Part shown: one piece after another, positions 16,513-24,169 of the stretch
Position numbering within the stretch: the first letter of the stretch is position 1
Layout of the letters: each line of letters begins with the position of its first letter
NCBI GenBank assembly: GCA_001801405.1
Contig: MGXQ01000064.1
Span: 3,066 to 47,447 of the forward strand
Length of the DNA: 44,382 nt
Direction: 5' to 3'
DNA from: Gammaproteobacteria bacterium RIFCSPHIGHO2_02_FULL_42_13
Lineage (GTDB): Bacteria > Pseudomonadota > Gammaproteobacteria > UBA12402
Program-made: the position numbers and the translations under genes
Notes under the pieces: model-generated
Databases searched by the model: none
The model's input: only the letters and a program-made list of their open reading frames with translations
What the model was told of the DNA's origin: nothing

Positions 16513-17820
16513 TCAGGACGTAAGCGTCGCTTCAACGACGCCAATATCTGTCGGCGCTCGCCCTAACGAATATAATAAATCTAGCGCACTTTGTATACCA
16601 ACCTTCACCGTTTGATTGCGATCAGCTCGATTATCATAAATTTGGTAGAACACACGATATTCCATCGGCGTAACATTGATCATCATCGAGTTGGCACCCG
16701 CCAATAACGCGATTTTTTTGGCGCTCGCATCCAACGTCTCTAATGCAGTGGTCACCAAAATATTTGAATCCGGATCAACAAAACGTGTCAGCGCAATAAT
16801 CTTTAACATCGCATCAATCGATAATTTGCTCTGCGCGGCCAAAGGCGTATCAATAGCTGGAATCAACGGCCCAAACGAATACATGTCGGGGCCCAACGAT
16901 TGAGTTAGTAATATATTATTAACAATATCCTCAGGGGTTTCGTCAGGCAACCCTGCAATAAATCCCGTCGCAATAATATAACCCATCGATTTTAGCTGTT
17001 TAATCAATGTTAAGCGCTCGTGTAATGACGCGCCAGGCCGCAATTGTCTAAAAATATCCTCATTGGATGTTTCGAATCGCAATAATGCAGCACGTGCGCC
17101 AGCTTGATATAATTTTTGATACAACTCTTTATCGCGCATACCAATACTCAAAAAAACCAAAATGCCCATTGCTCGCAACGTGCTAACGATTTTTACTAAT
17201 TTTTTTTCGTCATACCAAGGATCTTCGCCCGATTGCAATACTAATGCTTTAAAACCATATTCATCGACAGCATGCTGTGCTACTTCAATAATTTCGTCAA
17301 CACTCATCCGATAGCGCTTGACTACGCGATCAGAACGAATGCCGCAATAATGACAATTTTCGCGACAATGATTTGAAAATTCAATGATACCGTGAATACA
17401 GCTTGCATTATCATGCTCACGATGCCGGATGTGATTGGCTAATTCATATAATACTTTTAACTCGCGCGGGTCTTCCAATTTCAAAAGCGCCAGCATGTCT
17501 TGTCGCGATAACGGTTTTTTTAAATTTACTTTTTGTAAAATTTGTAATGTATTGGCCGGCAAATCGCTTTCTGAAAAATGCGATAACCGCTCATCCATTT
17601 TTTTTAATTCAAAAAATTTATCTTTCCAGAGTGATAAAATCTCCAGTGCTTCTTCTGTAGAAATTTTGCGAACTAAAATACCGCCTTGTGCATAAACATA
17701 ATCACCCACTGCTGCGTCACTAAGATCCAATAAGATATTACGTTTTTCACCAAAATAATCGACTACGCCGCCGCCATTTTCGCGAATTTCAATTAATTGT
17801 CCTGGAATCGCATAGCACAT
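16513..17820 (-). CDS. fusion protein: N-terminal HypC/HupF-like chaperone domain plus a HydE/BioB-class radical SAM enzyme
   Basis: MCYAIPGQLIEI...GDYVYAQGGILVRKISTEEA gives the HypC signature. CRENCHYCGIR (CX3CX2C), IIEFSN, VLQSGEDP, LLRFETSN, GLPDET, ALTRF.DPDSNI..TTA and YQIY give a HydE-like radical-SAM/BATS core. Confidence 0.75.
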   Translation of the reverse strand: MCYAIPGQLIEIRENGGGVVDYFGEKRNILLDLSDAAVGDYVYAQGGILVRKISTEEALEILSLWKDKFFELKKMDERLSHFSESDLPANTLQILQKVNLKKPLSRQDMLALLKLEDPRELKVLYELANHIRHREHDNASCIHGIIEFSNHCRENCHYCGIRSDRVVKRYRMSVDEIIEVAQHAVDEYGFKALVLQSGEDPWYDEKKLVKIVSTLRAMGILVFLSIGMRDKELYQKLYQAGARAALLRFETSNEDIFRQLRPGASLHERLTLIKQLKSMGYIIATGFIAGLPDETPEDIVNNILLTQSLGPDMYSFGPLIPAIDTPLAAQSKLSIDAMLKIIALTRFVDPDSNILVTTALETLDASAKKIALLAGANSMMINVTPMEYRVFYQIYDNRADRNQTVKVGIQSALDLLYSLGRAPTDIGVVEATLTS

Positions 17821-17840
17821 ATTTTCACCATTTTCTTCAC

Positions 17841-18046
17841 CAACAGCTCTGAGCTTACAATTTTTTACTTGGCAGCTCTGAGCTGCGACAAGCCAGTCAC
17901 AGCAAGGGTTTTATCCCGTCTCGCAGCTCTGAGCTGTGGTGTAGGAAATATCATACAAAATTTTAATCCGCGCAGCTCTGAGCTGCTACAACAGAGGCGC
18001 AGCAAGCCTCTCCCGCCCCTTGATTGCGTCAGCTCTGAGCTGCGAT
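17841..18046. repeat. array of 5 same-orientation CAGCTCTGAGCT(G) palindromes inside the hydrogenase operon
   Basis: Cores lie at 17844, 17872, 17923, 17972 and 18030. The CCAGTCACAGC and TTTTAATCC modules are shared with other loci. Confidence 0.85.
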
Positions 18047-18472
18047 GAGGGTGATGATGTCGTTTAGGCAATCTCGTACACAATCGCTTAACCCTTCACC
18101 TAACGAAATATCTTTTGGCTGAATACCAATGATATCTATTTCTGTCTCACCCCCTAATTGCATCAACAACTCTAACACTTCGGCTAAGCCAAAACCATGT
18201 GTCGAAAGCGAATCCGATTTGACATAAATCTTGGCCTCTTCAGGCTTGAATCGCTTTATCGTCCCAGGCGGCATTTGCATGTTCACCGCATCAATAATCG
18301 TCACCTTTTTATACTGCGAAATTAAATCAATCAGCGCCAGTCCATCCGTGCCTCCGTTCACATAATCAACGTTTGGTTTTGGATATTCAGATAATAATTT
18401 TAATGCGGCTGGACCAACACCATCATCACGACGCAATAAATTTCCGATGGAAAGAATTAATATATGGGCCAT
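18029..18472 (-). CDS. [NiFe] hydrogenase maturation endopeptidase (HycI/HoxW/FrhD family)
   Basis: 147 aa with GNLLRRDDGVG, GGTDG and a conserved His region (STHGFG). The last 5 codons and the TGA come from the repeat core at 18030-18043. Confidence 0.8.
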   Translation of the reverse strand: MAHILILSIGNLLRRDDGVGPAALKLLSEYPKPNVDYVNGGTDGLALIDLISQYKKVTIIDAVNMQMPPGTIKRFKPEEAKIYVKSDSLSTHGFGLAEVLELLMQLGGETEIDIIGIQPKDISLGEGLSDCVRDCLNDIITLIAAQS

Positions 18473-18474
18473 AT

Positions 18475-19755
18475 TTACACGAACTCAACATCCAACATAT
18501 GCGCCGAACAAGAAATACAAGGATCGTAAGCGCGCACGAGCATTTCCAATAAAAGCGTAATTTCTTTCTGTGATTTTTTAGAAATGCCCGGCAATAATGC
18601 TTTAAAATCTTCTTCGATATTATTTACATTCTGTCCAGTAGGAATAACACAATTCGCATCTTGAACAATACCTTTATCATTAAATATATATTCATGATAC
18701 AACGTGCCGCGCGGCACTTCAACGGCACCCACGCCAGAACCCGGCGTCACGACAACAGAACGTTCTTCTAATTTTAAATTCATGTTTAATAAACTCTCTG
18801 CGGCCGCAATAGAATCATCCGCCACATGCACAAGCTCAACAAACTGTGCAACGGTATTTAAATAAGAATTATAACACGGCGACTTCAATCCTAAATCTCG
18901 CGCAATTTGTTTGGCATCATCCGACAACCATTGCCCATTGTTATTAAACCGCGCCAAAGCGCCCACCATGTATGATACGCGATTATGTTTTGCGCGCTTT
19001 GCGGTTGCATAATCAACAATATATTCGTTCACCACATTACGATAATTTTTATATGAAATCTCACCGACATCACTCGAATAAATGTTACCTTCTAACAAGG
19101 TATAAAACCCTTTTTTCTGCAGAGAAATATATTCTGTTTCTCTCTCAAACGCTGGAAACTTCAATCCCTTTAAAATAGAAACACCTTGTTTTAACTCTTC
19201 CTTTGCTTCGTGCAAGCGCTTTAATACTTCTTCTAATTCTTTTTTTGTCGGCAACTTTGACATCGCTTTAACATCCGTCGTCGTTGAATGGATCAAGCGA
19301 CCGCCAATAACCCCGCCGATGTAATGTCCAAATCGTTTTAAATTTAACGCATGCACAACAACATCTTTATTCGTTTTCGCGAGTGGAAAAACTGACTTAA
19401 TGCCTTTGAAATCAGGTACGGCCAAAAAATAAATATGTAATACATGACTTTCAAAAAACTCACCGCAATTTAACAATCGACGCAAACATTTTTCTTGTTC
19501 AGAAATCTTAACATTAAATGCGTCTTCAATCGCACGCAATGCCGCCAACTGATGCCCGACCGAACAAATACCACAAATGCGACTCGATACAATAATCGTC
19601 TCATCATAATGCCGACCTCGCAACATCGCTTCAAAAAAACGTGGTGCCTCGACAATTTCGAGCCGGCACATTAAAATTTTTCCCTTATTGATATCGACTT
19701 TAATATTCCCGTGCCCCTCGACTCGCGTAATGTGATGTACATCAATTTTTGTCAT
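18475..19755 (-). CDS. [NiFe] hydrogenase large (alpha) subunit, group 3b-like
   Basis: Start set at MTKIDVHHITRVEGHG. Has RICGICSVGH (L2) and C-terminal DPCISCSAH followed by a short cleavable extension. Start overlaps the small-subunit stop (ATGACAAAAATTGA). Confidence 0.88.
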   Translation of the reverse strand: MTKIDVHHITRVEGHGNIKVDINKGKILMCRLEIVEAPRFFEAMLRGRHYDETIIVSSRICGICSVGHQLAALRAIEDAFNVKISEQEKCLRRLLNCGEFFESHVLHIYFLAVPDFKGIKSVFPLAKTNKDVVVHALNLKRFGHYIGGVIGGRLIHSTTTDVKAMSKLPTKKELEEVLKRLHEAKEELKQGVSILKGLKFPAFERETEYISLQKKGFYTLLEGNIYSSDVGEISYKNYRNVVNEYIVDYATAKRAKHNRVSYMVGALARFNNNGQWLSDDAKQIARDLGLKSPCYNSYLNTVAQFVELVHVADDSIAAAESLLNMNLKLEERSVVVTPGSGVGAVEVPRGTLYHEYIFNDKGIVQDANCVIPTGQNVNNIEEDFKALLPGISKKSQKEITLLLEMLVRAYDPCISCSAHMLDVEFV

Positions 19756-20506
19756 CTGGAAAAATCTCCTTATCCCGCTCAAGAAATAATTTAAATTTAT
19801 CCAGCGCATCCGCTGCACTTAAATTATATTTCTGCAAAATTTCTTTCATCGATTCGATATTGGCTTTTGGAATAGCGCCGCGACAACCAAAACAGTAACC
19901 ACCATTGCTCGGGCAAATTGCATTACAACCCGCACGAATCACAGGCCCCAAGCAATGTATACCCTTTTCATATACACAGGTGTTTTCATTCATCTTACAT
20001 TCGACACATACTGGATAGGTCGGTATTTCAGGCTTTTTTCCCAACAATAAATCTTTTACAACACGTAAAAACTCATGCGTATCAATCGGGCACCCGGGAA
20101 TCATTGCATCGACCTTTACGACTTCACTCACACCTCTCGCAATCGTTGTACGATCAATCTCGGGATGACCCGGATACACTAAATGCAATAATTTGTCATC
20201 GGGATAAAAATTTCGAAGCGCATTCACGCCCGCAATGGTCGAACACGCCCCCAATGTCACCAATAATTTTGACCGCGCCCGAATATCTTTAATTTTTTCT
20301 TCATCGGGTTTACGCGAAATCGATCCTTCGATAAAAGCAATATCATAACTTTCCGCTTTATCGGTCATCACTTCACGAAATTCAACGATGTCGACTAACG
20401 CCAACAAATCAAATAATTGTTCCGGCGTTAAATCAACGGCACACAACTGACAACCTTCGCAACCGGTAAAATCAAAAAATGCAACCTTGGGTTTTTTAGA
20501 CATCAA
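19742..20506 (-). CDS. [NiFe] hydrogenase small (delta) subunit, NuoB-like
   Basis: 254 aa with FDFTGCEGCQ, GACS and GCP cluster-ligand motifs and distal Cys clusters (CVEC...C, CNAICP...C.GC). Confidence 0.85.
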   Translation of the reverse strand: MMSKKPKVAFFDFTGCEGCQLCAVDLTPEQLFDLLALVDIVEFREVMTDKAESYDIAFIEGSISRKPDEEKIKDIRARSKLLVTLGACSTIAGVNALRNFYPDDKLLHLVYPGHPEIDRTTIARGVSEVVKVDAMIPGCPIDTHEFLRVVKDLLLGKKPEIPTYPVCVECKMNENTCVYEKGIHCLGPVIRAGCNAICPSNGGYCFGCRGAIPKANIESMKEILQKYNLSAADALDKFKLFLERDKEIFPDDKN

Positions 20507-21363
20507 AATAACTCCTCGTTATGTTCGACATCCGCATAATTAAACACCGGCCCCTTCTGACACACATAAACACCTTCCATCTGACAATGGCCACATTTAC
20601 CTACGCCGCATTTCATACGACGCTCTAACGACATATAAATATTTTCTTTCGGCATGTGCTTATCCATCAATGATGTTAAGACAAACTTATACATGATCGG
20701 TGGCCCGACAATAATGGCGATTGTCTCGGCAGGATCAAAATCAATTTTAGGAATTAACGTCGTAATCACACCAACATTGCCAGTCCAATCTGCTTCGGGA
20801 TGATCCAACGTTTCAAGCAATTCAACATTGCTACCGACTGACAAGTGATGAATTTTTTTAAGTTCATCCGGAAACATACGATCTTGCGATGTTTTGCAAC
20901 CGTATAAAATTGAGATTTTTTTATAATTTTTTGCATTTGGAATGACTTGATTGATGAGCGACCGCAACGGAAAATAACCAATACCGCCTGCAATAAATAA
21001 CAAATGTTTCCCTCGCATGCGCTGAAAAATTTTATCATCAAAGCCGTGACCAAAAGGCCCGCGAATATAAATCAAATCATTTTTTTTAAATGTAAATAAT
21101 TTTTTAGTGACATCGCCAACCGCACGTGCGCATAAATCAAAACGATTACCCGAATCAGGCGGCGATGCAATTGAAATGGGTGCCTCACCTATTCCCAAAA
21201 TAGATACTTCAACAAATTGTCCTGGATCATGCCCCAAACTTCCTTTGCGTAACAATTCAATCTGAAAAAACTTTTCATGCTCGGTAAAATTTCTAACCTT
21301 AACGATTCTTGCAGGTTCCGGCAAATACAGTTTTGCATTGGATTGAACTAATGCTAATTCCAT
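20503..21363 (-). CDS. hydrogenase gamma subunit: FAD/NAD(P)-binding oxidoreductase with a C-terminal 2Fe-2S cluster
   Basis: 286 aa. Ferredoxin-reductase-type fold signatures (GIGEAPISI, LLFIAGGIG) and CGVGKCGHCQ. Start/stop overlaps with its neighbours. Confidence 0.8.
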   Translation of the reverse strand: MELALVQSNAKLYLPEPARIVKVRNFTEHEKFFQIELLRKGSLGHDPGQFVEVSILGIGEAPISIASPPDSGNRFDLCARAVGDVTKKLFTFKKNDLIYIRGPFGHGFDDKIFQRMRGKHLLFIAGGIGYFPLRSLINQVIPNAKNYKKISILYGCKTSQDRMFPDELKKIHHLSVGSNVELLETLDHPEADWTGNVGVITTLIPKIDFDPAETIAIIVGPPIMYKFVLTSLMDKHMPKENIYMSLERRMKCGVGKCGHCQMEGVYVCQKGPVFNYADVEHNEELF

Positions 21364-22385
21364 TCTTTTTCATCCTCACCATTAATCGCTTCTGCAATGG
21401 TTTTTGGACTGATGTCGGCCAGACACGCACGCACACAGCGTCCACAACCCACACAAACCGATTGTCCATGTTTCTTCATCAAATAATTAAATTTTCGATT
21501 GATGCGATGATGTAATCGCGCAGTCGCCGTCGGGCGAAAGTTTTCACCCGTTGCCACCGTCGTAAAATCATGCAGCATACACGCATCCCAATGACGCTGG
21601 CGCTTTCCGGCCCGCATATTCAGCTCCCAATCATCGGTAACATTAAAACAATAGCAGGTGGGACAAACCATAACACAAGAACCGCAGCTCAAACAGCGCG
21701 CACCTTCATGCTCCCAAACCGGATGATGCGTGTTTTCTTGAAAAAGCTCGGGGAATTTTTCTAAGTCTTTAAATGGCTTTAATGATTCAAATGCTTTTGC
21801 TTTCGCTTGTTGGTATTCCTCTAATTCTTTTTCTTCACCTTTGATCGCCCGCAAGAATTGTTCGGCAAACACATTTCCGCGATCGGTTGCGACCTCAACA
21901 AGATATTGATCATCTTTCAGCGGATATAACATGATATCATAACCCGTCTTTGCATAATGTGCGCCGACCTTATAACAAAATGAGTCTTGATCACAGGTTT
22001 GATGACAATCCAATCCAATGATAATTGCTTTCTCGCGTCGCTCTAAATAATTGGGATCACCATGCAGATCGGCAAACGCTTCATCTAATATTTGAATGCC
22101 GCGCAAATCACATGGATGAATACCAAATAAGACGAGCGGTTTAGATTCGATCTTCGCAATAATTTGTCCATCGGCAGTATAATCAAGAAGCGTTTCATGC
22201 GGCGGAAAGAAAAATTTCTTTGGCGGTAACACGGTCGGTCGACAACCCCAAAAAATATCGTGACTCGTCTTTACATAGTTATACAAAACTCGACTATCTT
22301 GCTTCGTTAAAGCGGCCACTTGATAAGTTGATAAAACTTGATCGATCCCTTTCAAAAGCGCCGTTTTTGTGGTTTTGAGCAGCAT
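21354..22385 (-). CDS. hydrogenase beta subunit: 4Fe-4S dicluster protein (sulfhydrogenase beta-like)
   Basis: 343 aa with CLSCGSCVMVCPTCYC and CVGCGRCVRAC ferredoxin-type motifs. Confidence 0.8.
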   Translation of the reverse strand: MLLKTTKTALLKGIDQVLSTYQVAALTKQDSRVLYNYVKTSHDIFWGCRPTVLPPKKFFFPPHETLLDYTADGQIIAKIESKPLVLFGIHPCDLRGIQILDEAFADLHGDPNYLERREKAIIIGLDCHQTCDQDSFCYKVGAHYAKTGYDIMLYPLKDDQYLVEVATDRGNVFAEQFLRAIKGEEKELEEYQQAKAKAFESLKPFKDLEKFPELFQENTHHPVWEHEGARCLSCGSCVMVCPTCYCFNVTDDWELNMRAGKRQRHWDACMLHDFTTVATGENFRPTATARLHHRINRKFNYLMKKHGQSVCVGCGRCVRACLADISPKTIAEAINGEDEKEWN

Positions 22386-22412
22386 GGCAATCCGTTGTTT
22401 TATATCTCTACC

Positions 22413-23084
22413 TTATTGCACAGATGTAACAATAACATTTATTGGGTGGGATGACAATAGCATCTGACACCACGCATCAACCCCTTCTCCCGTCGTGCAC
22501 GAGACTTCCAATATCTTTACTTTTGGATTAATCTTTTTAAGATCTGCATAAAAACGCGCGCGATTAAAATTAAGATACGGCAAGAGATCAATTTTGTTTA
22601 GCACAACTATGCTGGCTTCGCGAAACAACAAGGGATACTTTATCACTTTATCATCTCCTTCGCACACGCTTAACACGGCAATTTTGAAATTTTCACCCAC
22701 ATCAAATTCCGCCGGACAAACTAAATTACCAATATTCTCCACAAAAATTAAATCTAACTTTTTCAAATCAAATGCATTCAGTGCCTTCTCAACACTCACT
22801 GACTCCAAATGACATGCCCCGTGCGTATTCACCATCGCAATCGGCACTTGATAGGGTGCTAAACGTTTGGCATCCTCGTCCGTTTCAACATCACCTTCAA
22901 TCACCGCCATGCGATAACGTTGACGCAATATTGAAAACGTTTTTTCCAAAAGAGATGTTTTGCCTGCGCCGGGCGAGCCAATTAAATTTAACATGCAAAT
23001 GTTATGTTGTTTCAATCGCGCGCGCAAATCATTTGCTTTTTCTTCATTGGCGATTAACAAATCTTGTTTAATTAAAATTTCCAT
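22413..23084 (-). CDS. hypB: hydrogenase nickel-incorporation GTPase
   Basis: 223 aa with P-loop GSPGAGKT, ENIGNLVCPAEFD and NKIDL. No His-rich N-terminus. Confidence 0.9.
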   Translation of the reverse strand: MEILIKQDLLIANEEKANDLRARLKQHNICMLNLIGSPGAGKTSLLEKTFSILRQRYRMAVIEGDVETDEDAKRLAPYQVPIAMVNTHGACHLESVSVEKALNAFDLKKLDLIFVENIGNLVCPAEFDVGENFKIAVLSVCEGDDKVIKYPLLFREASIVVLNKIDLLPYLNFNRARFYADLKKINPKVKILEVSCTTGEGVDAWCQMLLSSHPINVIVTSVQ

Positions 23085-23087
23085 ATG

Positions 23088-23429
23088 TTAGTCCCCATCA
23101 ATACTGCTTAAAATAATTTCTTTTCCGCTTAAAATATCCAACTCGACACTATCACAGTGCGGACAGCAATAACTATCACCGATCACTTTAAATTCTTTTT
23201 TACACTGTACACAAAGTGCTTTTACTGGAATTTCTCGAATAATTAATTTAGATCCTGATGCAATCGTATCTTTCGCTAACGTTTCAAACGCAAACTGCAA
23301 AAATTCGGGAATGCATTGCCGCATTTGACCAATTTCTAATGTCGCTTTATTGATTTTTTTTAGATTGTTTTTGACCGCCGTTTGCTCAATGGTTTTTAAA
23401 ATATCTTGTATGATTGAAAACTCGTGCAT
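23088..23429 (-). CDS. hypA: hydrogenase nickel-insertion metallochaperone
   Basis: Canonical MHEFSI start (ATG 23429). The zinc site is CVQC...CPHC. The 6-codon GTG-initiated extension in the ORF track is unsupported. Confidence 0.88.
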   Translation of the reverse strand: MHEFSIIQDILKTIEQTAVKNNLKKINKATLEIGQMRQCIPEFLQFAFETLAKDTIASGSKLIIREIPVKALCVQCKKEFKVIGDSYCCPHCDSVELDILSGKEIILSSIDGD

Positions 23430-23479
23430 AAGATTGTATATTATCACACTTCAAATCACTAACAAGGAGAATAAAATTC

Positions 23480-24094
23480 ATGCGCACTGCACAGCATCCT
23501 CAACATGAACAATTAAAACAGTATCTCGCAAAGGATCAATGGATCCGCATGTTACCACTCGTTGACAAAACAGAAGATCCCGCTTTGCATTGGACGATTT
23601 CGCATGTAACAGAAATTCAAGACAAAAAAGAACGCAACACCTATCACAATCTCACCAAGGCGCTGATTGATGCGGATTTTAATTTAGCGTTACGTGGCGC
23701 TGCGTGTGGTGGACTAACAGAATTAGTAGGTATCCTATTAACATATCGACAAATACTCGGTATTGATATCGATGCACGAGGCGCCCATACACAACAAACC
23801 GCCTTGCATCGTGCCACCAAAGGTGGTCATGCTGCTATCGTTCGACAATTATTGGCACATGGTGCAACGCTCACACCAAAAGATCAGGCAGGAAAGACAG
23901 CAGAAGATCTGGCTCAAAAAGATGATATACGAGATTTATTAACACGACCCACCACATCACCAACCGAATCCGATGGCTATGACGCCGATGGGGAAAAAAC
24001 AAATGGTTCAGAACCAGAAATGGTAGATAGTCCCGCGGTCTGCGACAAGGAAGTAGAGGAGGGATTCACATTGGTTAACGCCACAGGCAATTAA
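23480..24094 (+). CDS. ankyrin-repeat protein (2-3 ANK repeats) with an acidic C-terminal tail; effector-like
   Basis: QTALHRATKGGHAAIVRQLLAHGATLTPKDQAGKTAEDLA matches the ANK consensus. It diverges from hypA with only about 50 nt between start codons. Confidence 0.75.
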   Translation: MRTAQHPQHEQLKQYLAKDQWIRMLPLVDKTEDPALHWTISHVTEIQDKKERNTYHNLTKALIDADFNLALRGAACGGLTELVGILLTYRQILGIDIDARGAHTQQTALHRATKGGHAAIVRQLLAHGATLTPKDQAGKTAEDLAQKDDIRDLLTRPTTSPTESDGYDADGEKTNGSEPEMVDSPAVCDKEVEEGFTLVNATGN

Positions 24095-24103
24095 TGCGAA
24101 CAA

Positions 24104-24169
24104 GTACGTTGGCCGTAAGGCCCAACAAATTGTTCCCGTTGGGCTTCGCTTCGCTCAGCACCAACCTAC
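24104..24169. repeat. GTAGGTTGG...GAGCGAAGCGAAGCCCAAC-type REP-like element (two hairpin units)
   Basis: GTTGGCCGTAAGGCCCAAC and GTTGGGCTTCGCTTCGCTCAGCACCAAC hairpins, with GCGAAGC twice on the minus strand (24143-24154). The terminal GTAGG supplies the pckA TAG stop. Confidence 0.65.

Noticed and set aside
16513-17820. The radical-SAM ORF might simply be biotin synthase, since birA is in the window.
   Set aside because: BioB hallmark motifs (CPEDCKYC, YNHNLDT) are absent. The sequence follows HydE-type blocks, carries a HypC domain, and sits in the hydrogenase operon 16 kb from birA. A database search is still needed to be certain.
17841-18046. The regularly recurring CAGCTCTGAGCTG clusters (also at 8863-9033, 13225-13350 and 15029-15236) could be CRISPR arrays.
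   Set aside because: The core is only 13-15 nt and fully palindromic, and the spacing is irregular (about 28-55 nt). The 'spacers' are themselves repeated at other loci. Whole clusters recur as inverted or direct copies, and no cas genes are nearby. This fits REP/REPIN/BIME-like elements instead.
17797-18083. ORFs 17797..18048 (+) and 17865..18083 (-).
   Set aside because: They lie wholly within the repeat array, and their peptides (LAALSC, SSELR) repeat because the DNA repeats.
19756-19818. A 21-codon N-terminal extension of the hydrogenase large subunit. Analogous extensions occur on hypA (23430-23447), guaC (42794-42829), groEL (30768-30800), coaD (13153-13218) and tolC (2661-2705).
   Set aside because: In each case the conserved protein N-terminus, or a signal peptide, begins at the internal Met. 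The extensions overlap upstream genes or lack an RBS.
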